Shown here one piece after another: positions 15,957 to 26,484 of a DNA stretch of 35,083 nucleotides. The notes beneath the pieces are model-generated. The model was not told the origin of the DNA. It was given only the letters and a program-made list of their open reading frames with translations, and did no database searches. The stretch's first letter is position 1; every line of letters starts with the position of its first letter. The translations under genes and the position numbers were made by a program. This stretch comes from Alphaproteobacteria bacterium (GTDB lineage Bacteria > Pseudomonadota > Alphaproteobacteria > CAAHEQ01 > UBA3637): positions 1-35,083 of the forward strand of contig JAZUQR010000022.1 in NCBI GenBank assembly GCA_045605805.1, given 5' to 3'.

Positions 15957-15985
15957 TTGCATTTTATTATTTTTTGTGCTATACT
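15957..15985 (+). promoter_or_regulatory. sigma70 promoter of mtaB, probably giving a leaderless mRNA
   Basis: TTGCAT, 17 nt, TATACT (extended TG); only 7 nt separate the -10 from ATG 15993, and there is no SD. Confidence 0.6.
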
Positions 15986-15992
15986 GATTAGC

Positions 15993-17186
15993 ATGAAAAT
16001 ACTCACTTTCGGTTGCAGAATGAATGCCTTTGAATCGGCGGTGATGTCCCGCCTTGCAAAGGATATCCCCGATAATGTGGTGGTGATAAACACCTGTGCG
16101 GTCACAGGCGAAGCCGAACGCCAATGTCGGCAAGCCATCCGTAAAATCAAGCGAGAAAACCCCGATGCCATTGTGGTGGTCACAGGATGTGCCGCCCAAT
16201 TACATCCCAATGAATATGCCGAAATGCCCGAAGTGGATAGGGTTCTGGGCAATCATGAAAAACTGAATGCAGCTTTGTTGAAGGCCTCGCCAAAAGTGGT
16301 CGTAGGAGATATAGAACAACCCTTTGATTTGCCGATTGTCACCGATTTTGAAGGCAGAAACAGGGCATTTTTACAAATCCAGCAAGGATGTAATCATCAA
16401 TGCACTTTCTGTGTGGTGCGTTTTGCTCGTGGTAAGAATAAAGGTCTGCCGCCTCAAAAGGTGATAGAGCAAGCCAAAGCCTTTGCCAAAGCTGGTTTCC
16501 AAGAAATTGTTTTAACGGGGGCAGATGTGGCCTCATATCCTGATGGGCTTGTGGCTATCACAAAACAGATTTTGACAGAGGTGCCACAAATACAGCGGTT
16601 GCGCTATGGTTCGTTAGATCCGGCAGCATTAAAGGATGACTTTGTCCAAATGGTGCAAGAATGCCCAAAGGTGATGCCGCATTTTCATCTGTCCATTCAG
16701 GCGGGCGATAATCTGGTGTTAAAAAGAATGGGGCGTCGTCACACTTTTGAAGGGGTGCTTGCCTTGATAAATAAATTAAAATGTGTGCGCCCGAATGTGG
16801 TTTTTGGGGCCGATTTTATCACAGGTTTCCCAACCGAAACAGACGAACAGTTTGAACAAACCATGCGTTTGGTGGAACAGGCAAACCTAACCCATTTACA
16901 TGTGTTTCCATATTCGGCACGACCGGGAACACCGGCAGCCAAGATGCCCCAAGTTTCCCTGATAAAACGCAAAGAACGAGCCGCTACCTTGCGGGCATTG
17001 GGGCAACAAAAGCAAAGGGCTTTGCTTCAAAAAATGGTGGGCAAGAAAGTGCCGGTTCTGGTGGAAACAAACCAAACCGGCTGGACAGAAAATTATTTAC
17101 ATGTTATATTGAACGACAAATACCCATCGGGGCAAATCGTTGAAGTGTTGATAAAAGGAGTGAAAGACAATGCGTTGGTTGGATAA
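15993..17186 (+). CDS. mtaB: tRNA t6A37 methylthiotransferase (radical SAM)
   Basis: TFGCRMN, NTCAVT, VTGCAAQ, CNHQCTFC (CxxxCxxC) and HVFPYSARPGT. Confidence 0.9.
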   Translation: MKILTFGCRMNAFESAVMSRLAKDIPDNVVVINTCAVTGEAERQCRQAIRKIKRENPDAIVVVTGCAAQLHPNEYAEMPEVDRVLGNHEKLNAALLKASPKVVVGDIEQPFDLPIVTDFEGRNRAFLQIQQGCNHQCTFCVVRFARGKNKGLPPQKVIEQAKAFAKAGFQEIVLTGADVASYPDGLVAITKQILTEVPQIQRLRYGSLDPAALKDDFVQMVQECPKVMPHFHLSIQAGDNLVLKRMGRRHTFEGVLALINKLKCVRPNVVFGADFITGFPTETDEQFEQTMRLVEQANLTHLHVFPYSARPGTPAAKMPQVSLIKRKERAATLRALGQQKQRALLQKMVGKKVPVLVETNQTGWTENYLHVILNDKYPSGQIVEVLIKGVKDNALVG

Positions 17187-18036
17187 ATTAAAACAAGGCT
17201 TAAAGCGCACCGCAAATGTTTTAAGTTTTTCTTCTGTGGATACCGAAGAATTGGAAGAAGCCTTGATTATGGCGGATATGGGGGTGGACACAGCCACAAA
17301 ATTGGTTCAAAAAGTACACTCACAAAAGCCCGAAACGCCCGCCCAAATGCGCCAGATTTTGAAGCAGGAGTTGCTTGAAAAAATTGAAAAAGTGGCCCGT
17401 CCGTTGATATTGCCAAACACAAAACCGGCAGTTGTTTTAATGATTGGGGTCAATGGGGCTGGTAAAACAACAACCATCGGCAAATTGGCCGAAAAATATA
17501 CAAGCGAAGGGAAATCGGTTGCCCTTGTAGCAGGCGATACTTTCCGTGCCGGAGCAGTTGAACAGCTTCAAAAATGGGCAAATAAAACCGGTTCTGATTT
17601 TTATGCTGGCAGCCCAAATTGTGATGCGGCAGGCCTTATTTTTGATGCCATCAAATCGGCCAAAGAAAAAGGCACAGATATTGTATTTGTGGATACAGCC
17701 GGTCGGCTTCAAAACAGAACGGATTTAATGGACGAGCTTAAAAAAATTGTGCGTGTTATCCAAAAAGCTGATGCCGCTATGCCCCACGAAACCATTTTGG
17801 TTTTGGATGCAACGGTGGGACAAAATGCCTTGTCACAAGTGAAAACATTTCATGAAATGTGTTCTCTGACGGGTTTGATTATGACAAAACTGGACGGCAC
17901 AGCCAAAGGCGGTGTGTTGGTGGCATTAAGTGAAACGAATCTGCCGATATATGCCGTTGGCGTGGGGGAACAAGCGGATGATTTGAATGCATTTTCCGCC
18001 CAAGAATATGTGGAATCCTTGCTGGGGGAAGAATGA
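17170..18036 (+). CDS. ftsY: signal recognition particle receptor FtsY
   Basis: GVNGAGKTTT, DTFRAGA, DTAGR and TKLDGTAKGG. Confidence 0.95.
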   Translation: MRWLDKLKQGLKRTANVLSFSSVDTEELEEALIMADMGVDTATKLVQKVHSQKPETPAQMRQILKQELLEKIEKVARPLILPNTKPAVVLMIGVNGAGKTTTIGKLAEKYTSEGKSVALVAGDTFRAGAVEQLQKWANKTGSDFYAGSPNCDAAGLIFDAIKSAKEKGTDIVFVDTAGRLQNRTDLMDELKKIVRVIQKADAAMPHETILVLDATVGQNALSQVKTFHEMCSLTGLIMTKLDGTAKGGVLVALSETNLPIYAVGVGEQADDLNAFSAQEYVESLLGEE

Positions 18037-20810
18037 AAACACTGTTGCACATTATTGCAAGGTTAAAAAGATTGGATTGGCCAGAACTGGGACAATTGAT
18101 GTTGTTGGCTTTAACAGCATTTATTTTGGCTGTCTCTTTAAGTTTCATTGATTTGGCAAGCACGGCAAATCTTCTTGTCAAACAAGGTGTGCTGGGCATA
18201 GGCTTTAACTATTTAATGGCGGGTATCCTGCTTGTACCGGCCGGCTATGTCTGTTTGAAATTGGAACGCAGGAAAGGCTATGGAGCCTCTGTGACCATGT
18301 TATGTCTGTTTTTTGTATGGATAGCAGGGGATGTGTTATCACAGCATATGGCCTTGATAGGCATTGAAAATGTGATGTTTTCAGTCAAGTATATCACACT
18401 ATTTGTGGCCAATGTTGCGTTTTGGTGTTTGGTTAAACGCATGATTCGTCAATCCATTTCCTCGCTCAGATATTTGGGTGTTTTGGCGTTTGAATTGTTG
18501 GGGGGATTGATGGGCTGTTGGATGGCCATAAAAGTAGGGACTGAACAAATTCAATGGTGGGGAACATTTGGCCTTTTGATAACCGCACTTTCATTAAAAG
18601 TTTTAAGCATTTTGATGCCAGTTAGCAAAGAAACCTTCATCAAAAAAATTGGGGGTGTTCAAACCCAAAAAGAACGCCTGATGATGCATGTCATCTTGAT
18701 GTTGAGTTTTGCATGGATGTTATCCAAATTATTGTCGGAATATCTGGTCTATGAAAACATTGTAAGCCACCAAGAACCTGTTTTGGAAACCTTGTCAAAA
18801 ATAGGGATGAGTACAGCTGTTGTGACTTTAATCAGTGTGAGCTTGTTGTGTCGTACAAAGTTTTTATACACCACAATCTGGGGGCTGTTGTTGGGAGCAG
18901 TATCTGTTGGCGTTTGTGGATTAGGGGCGTGGAAACAAGAAGGCCTTATAATCTATACGGCAGCAGTGATATTTGAAGTTATAAGCCGATTGTATATGAA
19001 ACGCTATCTGTCGTTGTTGCCCCGTCCGCTGGCAGTTGGCACAGGGGTACGATTAAAACAGTTAAGATGGTGTGCCTGTGTACCGCTGGCGTTTATTTTA
19101 ACGGGATCTTTACTGTTATCAGAACAAAAAGAAACAATTATGGTGTGGTTGATAAGTATGGCGGGCGTGTTGATTATTTTATTCTGGTTGTCCAGCTATA
19201 TGTACGGGCGCTATCTGATAAAAATATGTTCATTAAGAATATGGCGAGGCGGGCCGCTTTTACTGTCCTATCCGCCATTGAAGCAAATGATAAAACAAGG
19301 GCTGAGCAAACCAAATCCGGCAGAATCCATTTATTTTTTGAACATTTTGGAAGAAGGTCATATTTCAAATTACAAAGGGCAATTGATGAAATTATTATCC
19401 CATCCGGCCATCACAGTGCGTCTGGCTGTCTTGAAAAAAATGAATAAATGGCCACTCAACAAAAAAGAACAAAATAAAATCCATCGGTTGATGGTTCAAG
19501 ATGAATGTGAGGAAGTACGCAATATGGCATTGGCATTATTGATTAAAAGTGCCATAGAAGAAAATGCCACAAAGGCATGGAAAGAGTACAAACATTATTT
19601 GGAAGAAAAAGAATGGCAATGGGGGGCGTGTATTGGCTTTTTGTCAGGCAAGGGAGCTTGGTTGGAAAAAGTAATTGCCTTAGTTCGTAAATGGGCAGAT
19701 TCTCCAAAAACAAAAAACAACCTAATGGCGTTGTCCGTTATGAATACTTGTCCGAAAAACGAATGGACGCAATGTGTGAATCAATTATTAAATAAACAGG
19801 ATATTAAAATAACGAAACAGGCTGTGTTGGTGGCCGGCAAAATAAAATCTCCGCTTTTGGTGAACAGATTGTTGCCTATGTTGGATGAAATCCGATGGCG
19901 TGAGCATGTGTTGGAAGCACTCAGCCAATATGGCAAGCGAGCCTTTCCAGCCATAGAAAAAATGCTGTTGAACGAAACGGTTCCTTTGGACAGAAAAAAA
20001 GAATTGATTTTGTTTTTGGGCCGGTTGCCAAGTGGTGAAGGAAAACAGATTTTGTTGCGTTCCTTATTTGGGGCAAATCGGCTTTTAAGGCCAGCCATCA
20101 TTGAAAGTTTAAGTGATTCGGAAATTGTGTGGATAGATAAAAGCAGAAAAAGGGTTCTGAAAAAAGCCTTATATGAAGCCGTATCAGAATGGACACAAAT
20201 GCACAAAATGTGTGTGGTTGCACATAATTTGGAGGCACAAGAGCTGATTGAAGTAAAATCTTTGTTTCAAGAAGCAATTAAAGAAGAAATGTACCGAACT
20301 CGGATGTTGATTTTGAATCAGCTTGCCTTGTATGTTGTGATGCCTCTGGCCCAAAAAGCCATTCAAACATTAAAAGAAAATGATTTGAATAAATATGCCG
20401 GAGCGGTCAGTTTTTTACAAGATGTTTTACCCAAAAGAATCCACAAAATGGTGGCTCCTGTGTTGCTTTATCCAACACTGAATATGCCCCCAAAAAATAT
20501 GGAAGAAGAAACGCCACAAACTTTTTTGAACAGCTTTATCTTAAATCCGTTTAGGTGGAGCAATAAATGGATGCGGGCGTTGGCCTTATATGGTTGGAAA
20601 AAATTGGGTGATAGAGAAGGGATGACAGCCGTTATGGAAGGGTTAAAGTCGCCCGATTGGATTGTGTTGGAAGGGGCCTTGTCTGCGTTAGCAAAATTGG
20701 AACCAGACAAAAACAAAGTGCGTGAATTAGCCTTGAATATCCCAACTCATTATTTGTTGCAACAGGATTTTGAAAGTTTGTTGGAGGAAAAAAATGTTGG
20801 TCACAATTGA
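18033..20810 (+). CDS. multi-pass membrane protein with C-terminal HEAT-like repeats (divergent NTT/TLC-HEAT type)
   Basis: About 390 aa of successive hydrophobic helices, then a helical repeat region (LLSHPAITVRLAVL, DECEEVRNMAL, EGLKSPDWIVLEGAL). Confidence 0.6.
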   Translation: MKTLLHIIARLKRLDWPELGQLMLLALTAFILAVSLSFIDLASTANLLVKQGVLGIGFNYLMAGILLVPAGYVCLKLERRKGYGASVTMLCLFFVWIAGDVLSQHMALIGIENVMFSVKYITLFVANVAFWCLVKRMIRQSISSLRYLGVLAFELLGGLMGCWMAIKVGTEQIQWWGTFGLLITALSLKVLSILMPVSKETFIKKIGGVQTQKERLMMHVILMLSFAWMLSKLLSEYLVYENIVSHQEPVLETLSKIGMSTAVVTLISVSLLCRTKFLYTTIWGLLLGAVSVGVCGLGAWKQEGLIIYTAAVIFEVISRLYMKRYLSLLPRPLAVGTGVRLKQLRWCACVPLAFILTGSLLLSEQKETIMVWLISMAGVLIILFWLSSYMYGRYLIKICSLRIWRGGPLLLSYPPLKQMIKQGLSKPNPAESIYFLNILEEGHISNYKGQLMKLLSHPAITVRLAVLKKMNKWPLNKKEQNKIHRLMVQDECEEVRNMALALLIKSAIEENATKAWKEYKHYLEEKEWQWGACIGFLSGKGAWLEKVIALVRKWADSPKTKNNLMALSVMNTCPKNEWTQCVNQLLNKQDIKITKQAVLVAGKIKSPLLVNRLLPMLDEIRWREHVLEALSQYGKRAFPAIEKMLLNETVPLDRKKELILFLGRLPSGEGKQILLRSLFGANRLLRPAIIESLSDSEIVWIDKSRKRVLKKALYEAVSEWTQMHKMCVVAHNLEAQELIEVKSLFQEAIKEEMYRTRMLILNQLALYVVMPLAQKAIQTLKENDLNKYAGAVSFLQDVLPKRIHKMVAPVLLYPTLNMPPKNMEEETPQTFLNSFILNPFRWSNKWMRALALYGWKKLGDREGMTAVMEGLKSPDWIVLEGALSALAKLEPDKNKVRELALNIPTHYLLQQDFESLLEEKNVGHN

Positions 20811-21198
20811 AAAAGTTTTGGAATTAAAACAAATGACACAATTCAAAAGTGTGTCCAATTTGGCGTTATCTGATTTAATGGCAGTTTCGGAAGAATCTGT
20901 TTTGAAAAAAGGCGAAGTGATTATTCAATCGGAAGAAGCCAATCATTATCTGTACTTTTTGTTAGATGGGGTGTTGGAAGAAGAAAACGAAAAAGGCGAA
21001 AAGAAAATAATTCAAGCGCAATCTGTTGTGGGATTGGATACCGTTTTTTTAATGGCCCCAGCTGGCAAAACGGTGCGTGTGAAACAAAATGCCGTTGTGT
21101 TGAAAGTTGAACACGATAAAATCTATCGTATGATGGCCTTGCATCCATCATTATTCAGTGCGTTGTTGCATGAACTGTCCCTTTTAACACAAAAATAA
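20794..21198 (+). CDS. cyclic nucleotide-binding domain protein
   Basis: MLVTIEKVLELK...F, GEVIIQSEE...LYFLLDG; RBS GGAGG; overlaps the upstream gene. Confidence 0.75.
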   Translation: MLVTIEKVLELKQMTQFKSVSNLALSDLMAVSEESVLKKGEVIIQSEEANHYLYFLLDGVLEEENEKGEKKIIQAQSVVGLDTVFLMAPAGKTVRVKQNAVVLKVEHDKIYRMMALHPSLFSALLHELSLLTQK

Positions 21199-21257
21199 AA
21201 AGAGTTGATTTTTTCAAAAAAAGAGTCTAAGATATAAAAAACAACAAAGGGGGAACA

Positions 21258-22205
21258 ATGAAAACAAAAAAACAAGCAACAGCAAAATCGGAACAACCAA
21301 AAAATACCACCACCAAAAAACGCTTTGTCTTGGGTTTATTTCTGTTGGTTTTTGATTTTTGTGTGTGGTCATATTTTTCTTATCAAGTGGGTATGTTCTT
21401 GGAAGGGCATGCCTATCAAACTCGGTGTAACATCCAACGGATAAGGATGGCTGCAAAACAGCATAAAAAACACAAGGTGGCAGATGCCGTTGCTTATGTG
21501 GATGGTACACCGATTACCATGACTCAACTAAAAGAAATGGTTCAAAATATGCCACAATTATCGGAAATGCCGTTTGAACAGGTCTATCCGAATCTGTTGG
21601 AAATGATTGTGAATAATCAGGTGATTATGCAAGGCGCTGAAAAAGCCGGTCTAATGAAGCGTCCGGATATTCAACAACAACTGCGCTTGGCAAAAGAACA
21701 AATTGTCGGGCAAACCTATTTGGATGAATTGCTTGCGGCCGAAGTGACACCCGAAGAAGTGCAGGCTCTGTATGATAAGGAAATTCAAAACTTCCGCCGT
21801 GAAGAAGAAATCCACGCCCGCCACATTTTGGTTAAAACGGAAAAAGAAGCCAAAGATATTTTGGTTCAGTTAAAAGCAGGGGCAGACTTTGCCCAACTGG
21901 CCGATAAAAAATCGTTGGATGAAAACACCGAAGGGGGGGATTTGGGATATTTTACAAAACCAATGATGATTCCCGAATTTGGTGATGCAGTGTTTGATAT
22001 GAAAAAAGGCCAATTATCTGACCCAATCAAAACACCATTCGGGTGGCATATCGTGATTGTTGAAGATAAACGCTTGGCCAATCCGCCTGCCATTGAGGAA
22101 GTGTATGACGAAATGAAGCGCGCCTTGATGGAAACAAAATTAAAAACAGTGCTGGAAAAAGAACGGACAAAATTAAATGTTCAAATCTTAAAACCAACAT
22201 TGTAA
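21258..22205 (+). CDS. PpiC/parvulin-type peptidylprolyl isomerase
   Basis: HARHILV, DFAQLA, GGDLGYF and PIKTPFGWHIV; N-terminal membrane anchor. Confidence 0.9.
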   Translation: MKTKKQATAKSEQPKNTTTKKRFVLGLFLLVFDFCVWSYFSYQVGMFLEGHAYQTRCNIQRIRMAAKQHKKHKVADAVAYVDGTPITMTQLKEMVQNMPQLSEMPFEQVYPNLLEMIVNNQVIMQGAEKAGLMKRPDIQQQLRLAKEQIVGQTYLDELLAAEVTPEEVQALYDKEIQNFRREEEIHARHILVKTEKEAKDILVQLKAGADFAQLADKKSLDENTEGGDLGYFTKPMMIPEFGDAVFDMKKGQLSDPIKTPFGWHIVIVEDKRLANPPAIEEVYDEMKRALMETKLKTVLEKERTKLNVQILKPTL

Positions 22206-22225
22206 TAAACGAGCTTCTCCTGAAA

Positions 22226-22251
22226 AAAAGCCCCGATAAAAAGGGGCTTTT
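22226..22251 (+). terminator. intrinsic terminator
   Basis: AAAAGCCCC-GATAAAAA-GGGGCTTTT. Confidence 0.75.
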
Positions 22252-22325
22252 GTAATAAAATAAATGCTTGTGTTTCGTGAAAAAAAACAGTAAAATATCA
22301 CCTGATTTTAACAAAGGGAAAAGAA

Positions 22326-24707
22326 ATGCGTTTTTTATCCACATTAGTCAGCTTATTTTTCTTCGGTTCATTGGTTGTGGCTGTGGCAGCCTTTTTGGTT
22401 GTATTGCATTTTTCAATCGGTTTGCCGGATTATCATCAATTGGAAAATTATGAACCACCCATCACAACACGCTTGTATGCCAAAGATGGTTCATTATTGA
22501 TGGAGTATGCTACCGAAAAACGCACTTTTGTTCCTGTGGAAAAAATACCGGAACGCTTGAAGCAGGCATTTTTATCGGCCGAAGATAAAACCTTCTATGA
22601 ACATGGCGGTATTGATTTAAGCGGTCTGGCTCGGGCGGTGTTGGTGAACATTAAAAATCTTGGGAAAAATAAGCGTATGGTGGGTGCGTCCACTATTACA
22701 CAACAGGTGGCCAAAAACTTTTTGCTGACCTCTGACCGCACGATTTCTCGCAAAATTAAAGAGGCATTACTGGCTCGTAAAATTGAAAAAACATTCACAA
22801 AAGACCATATTTTGGAATTGTACCTGAACGAAATCTATTTAGGGCAAGGTTCTTATGGTGTGGCCAGTGCGGCCTTGAATTATTTTAATAAATCAATGAA
22901 TGAATTGACATTGGGGGAAATGGCGTATCTGGCTGCCCTGCCCAAAGCCCCAAATAACTATCATCCGGAACGCAACAAAAAAGCCGCCATTGAAAGACGC
23001 AACTATGTGTTGCAGCAAATGTATCTGAACGGATATATTACTGTCAGTGAAATAGCCGAAGCCATGCGTGAACCGATTACCATGCATAAACGGCAAAAAA
23101 AGCTGACAAAGGACGGGCAATACTATGCGGAAGAGGTACGCCGCTTTGTGGTGAAAGAACTGGGGGAAGAATCCATCTATTTGGGCGGTTTGTCCATTCG
23201 CACAGCATTGGACCCAACCTTGCAAAACTATGCTGTGGAAGCCCTGCAAAACGGTTTAATTACGCATGATAGGAAACACGGATGGCGTGGTCCTGTGGCG
23301 CATATAGACCCCAAAAATGTCTCAGTGTTGGAAAAATATCAAAAGCAATACCGGCCCAAAGATTGGCTGTATGCGTTGGTGGAATCTGTTTCCGATGAAC
23401 AAGCCAGTATCATACTTGAAAATGGCGAAAAGGGTGTCATACCACTTGCCGAAATGACTTGGGCAAAACAGGCTTTGGAAAAAGGCCGTATCAGCACAAC
23501 GCCTGTTCAAAAAGCAACGGATGTCTTGCAAGTGGGCGACATTATTTTAACAAGCCAAACCAAACAAGGGCATTATGGGTTAAATCAAATGCCGAATGTA
23601 GAAGGCGCATTGGTGGCCATTGACCCACATACAGGGCGAGTGTTGGCCATGCAAGGCGGTTTTGCCTTTGAAAGGAATCAGTTTAACCGAGCAGTTCAAG
23701 CCGAGCGCCAACCGGGGTCGTCTTTCAAGCCGTTTGTGTACACAGCCGCCTTGGACTCGGGCTATATGCCGTCCAGCCTGATATTGGATGCCCCAATTGT
23801 GATGGAAAACGAAGACGGAACCAAATGGAAACCGGAAAACTATTCCAAGCAATTCTATGGCCCAACCACTTTGCGTGTTGGTATAGAAAAATCACGCAAC
23901 CTAATGACCATTCGTTTGGCTCAGGCCATCGGGATGCGAAAAATCTTAAACTACGGTAAAAAGTTTAATATATCGGATAAGATGGAGCCGAATCTGGCCA
24001 CAGCTTTGGGGGCCAGTGAAACCACTTTGTTGCGTTTAACCACAGCCTATGGCATGTTGGTGAACGGAGGCAAAAAAATAAGCCCGATATTTATTGACCG
24101 TATCCAAGACCGAGAAGGAAAAACAATTTATAAAACAGACACGCGCATCTGTGAAAATTGTGCAGGAGACACTTCCTCCAGCCTTCTTCAACCGCAATTG
24201 CCCGATATCAGGGAACAGATTCAAGATCCGGCCAGTGCCTATCAAATGGTGAATATTCTGACAGGCGTGATTCAACGGGGAACAGGTTCGGCCGTGCGTT
24301 CCTTAAAGCGCAACTTAGGGGCAAAATCCGGCACAAGTAATGACAACATAGACGCATGGTTTATCGGCTTTTCGCCCGATTTGGTGGTGGGTGTTTGGGT
24401 TGGAAAAGATAATCCGGAACCGTTGGGACCAAAAGATACCGGAGGCGTTGTGGCAGCCCCCATTTTCCGTGATTTTATGAAAAAAGCCTTGGCCAATACA
24501 ACCGATATCCCTTTCCGAGTGCCGGACAGTGTGAAATTGGTGCGTGTGAATGCCACAACGGGAAAACCCGCAAATGCTGGTGATACAAATGTGATAATGG
24601 AAGCCTTTCGTTTGGAAGATGATTTAACAAAACCCGAAAAAATAATCGGCAAAAATATCACGCTGCAAGCGGATGATACAATGCCCGATTTGGGTGGGAT
24701 TTATTAA
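22326..24707 (+). CDS. mrcA: penicillin-binding protein 1A
   Basis: Transglycosylase motifs EDKTFYEH, GASTITQQ and RKIKE; transpeptidase motifs SSFK, SRN and KSG. Confidence 0.93.
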   Translation: MRFLSTLVSLFFFGSLVVAVAAFLVVLHFSIGLPDYHQLENYEPPITTRLYAKDGSLLMEYATEKRTFVPVEKIPERLKQAFLSAEDKTFYEHGGIDLSGLARAVLVNIKNLGKNKRMVGASTITQQVAKNFLLTSDRTISRKIKEALLARKIEKTFTKDHILELYLNEIYLGQGSYGVASAALNYFNKSMNELTLGEMAYLAALPKAPNNYHPERNKKAAIERRNYVLQQMYLNGYITVSEIAEAMREPITMHKRQKKLTKDGQYYAEEVRRFVVKELGEESIYLGGLSIRTALDPTLQNYAVEALQNGLITHDRKHGWRGPVAHIDPKNVSVLEKYQKQYRPKDWLYALVESVSDEQASIILENGEKGVIPLAEMTWAKQALEKGRISTTPVQKATDVLQVGDIILTSQTKQGHYGLNQMPNVEGALVAIDPHTGRVLAMQGGFAFERNQFNRAVQAERQPGSSFKPFVYTAALDSGYMPSSLILDAPIVMENEDGTKWKPENYSKQFYGPTTLRVGIEKSRNLMTIRLAQAIGMRKILNYGKKFNISDKMEPNLATALGASETTLLRLTTAYGMLVNGGKKISPIFIDRIQDREGKTIYKTDTRICENCAGDTSSSLLQPQLPDIREQIQDPASAYQMVNILTGVIQRGTGSAVRSLKRNLGAKSGTSNDNIDAWFIGFSPDLVVGVWVGKDNPEPLGPKDTGGVVAAPIFRDFMKKALANTTDIPFRVPDSVKLVRVNATTGKPANAGDTNVIMEAFRLEDDLTKPEKIIGKNITLQADDTMPDLGGIY

Positions 24708-24718
24708 AGGAGAAAAAT

Positions 24719-25826
24719 ATGAAAGCGGAAATGATTACTTTGAAAGAAAAATACGACAGCATTTTGATGCTTGTCAAGGAGCGTCTTTGACTGGGATAAG
24801 GCCCATATCAGATTAAAAGAACTAGACGATTTAACGGCCGATTCAAATCTGTGGGATAATCAGGAACGGGCGCAAAAGTTGATGAGTGAGCGCACCTTGC
24901 TGTCCAACCAAATCCAACGGGTGCAAACTTTGCTGTCCACCATCCAAGATGGCTATGAGATGATTGCCTTGGCCGAAGCCGAAGGCGATGAAGGTTTGTT
25001 GGCCGATGCCGAAAAAGCCTTTGCCGATATGGAAGCCGATATGGATAAATTGGAATTGGAATCTTTATTGTGTCAAGAAGGGGATGCCAATGATGCGTTC
25101 TTGGAAATCCATTCCGGTGCGGGTGGCACAGAAGCACAAGATTGGGCCAGTATGATTTTGCGAATGTATCAACATTGGGCCGAAAACGCAGGCTATAAAA
25201 CGGAAATTATGGAATTGTCCGATGGGGAAGAAGCCGGCATCAAATCGGCCACCTTAAAGGTGATTGGGACAAACGCCTATGGGTGGTTAAAGTTTGAATC
25301 GGGTGTGCATCGTCTGGTGCGCATTTCTCCCTTTGATTCCAACGCCAGACGCCACACAAGTTTTTGTTCAGTGTGGGTTTATCCTGTGGTGGATGAAAGC
25401 GTGCAAATTGATATCAATCCGGCCGATTGCCGCATAGATGTTTATCGGTCCAGCGGGGCCGGTGGCCAGCATGTGAATAAAACAGAAAGTGCTGTTCGTA
25501 TTACACACATACCAACCGGCATTGTGGCCGCCTGTCAAACCCAACGCAGCCAGTTTGCCAATCGTGATGAAGCATGGCGTATGTTGCGGGCAAGATTATA
25601 CGAGCTGGAACTTCAAAAAAGGCGTCAAGCACAAGGGGCAATAGAAGCCCAAAAAGGTGATAACGGTTGGGGCAACCAAATCCGTTCTTATGTGTTGCAA
25701 CCCTATCAAATGGTGAAAGACTTGCGTACAGGCCACGAAACATCCGATACGGGCGGTGTTTTGGATGGGGATTTAGACGATTTTATGCGGGCCAGTTTGG
25801 CCAGCTTGGCAAAAAAAGGGGGATAA
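24719..25826 (+). CDS. prfB: peptide chain release factor 2, translated via a programmed +1 frameshift
   Basis: ATG 24719 (RBS AAGGAG) opens 23 codons ending CTT TGA C (24785-24791); the +1 frame carries the SPF and GGQ motifs. Confidence 0.95.
24777..24791 (+). promoter_or_regulatory. prfB +1 frameshift cassette
   Basis: Internal SD-like AGGAG, 3 nt, then CTTTGAC. Confidence 0.92.
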
Positions 25827-25827
25827 A

Positions 25828-26484
25828 ATGATAAAACAGATTTCTTTTTTTAAGCGTGCCAAAGAATTGGAAAAAAAGTTCAATGACTTTTTGTTAAATA
25901 TCACCACAGCCGGTGCAATCTTTAATCAAGCCATAGAGGTTTATTTGACAAAACAGGCCAATACAAAGTTTTTGGATTTGAAAGAAAAAATAAGCACTTT
26001 GGAGGCCGAAAACGATATGTTGCGGCGCAACATTGAAACAGATTTATATCGCCAAATGATTCTCCCCGGTATGCGGTCGGAGATTTTGGAATTGATGGAA
26101 GCATGTGACCATGTTATCAATCAATATGAACGGGCTGTGATAGATTGGTCCATTGAAAAAATAAAAACGCCCACAGATTTGTTTGAAAATGTGATGTTGA
26201 TTTCACAAACAACATCTGATTGTGTGGGGGCATTGGTCACAGGTGTCAAAGCCTTTTTTGATGGGGCAACGGATGTGGATGAGGAAGTGCAGCAATGCTA
26301 TTATTTGGAACATGTGGTGGATCAAATGGCTTTGGCAGTCAAGTCCAAAATCTTCAAAAAGAAAATATCTCTTGCCCAACAATTACAATTGAAATCCTTT
26401 ATCGCTTCATTGGAAAAGATTTCAGATTTGGCCGAAGATGCGGCGGATAAACTTAAAATAATTTCGGTGAAACACGCATTATGA
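25828..26484 (+). CDS. DUF47/PhoU-like phosphate transport regulator
   Basis: LEAENDMLRRNIE, LEHVVD and ISDLAEDAADKL; directly upstream of a PiT gene. Confidence 0.85.
   Translation: MIKQISFFKRAKELEKKFNDFLLNITTAGAIFNQAIEVYLTKQANTKFLDLKEKISTLEAENDMLRRNIETDLYRQMILPGMRSEILELMEACDHVINQYERAVIDWSIEKIKTPTDLFENVMLISQTTSDCVGALVTGVKAFFDGATDVDEEVQQCYYLEHVVDQMALAVKSKIFKKKISLAQQLQLKSFIASLEKISDLAEDAADKLKIISVKHAL

Noticed and set aside
24771-25826. prfB starting at TTG 24771, or a prfB pseudogene
   Set aside because: The programmed frameshift from ATG 24719 explains the structure.
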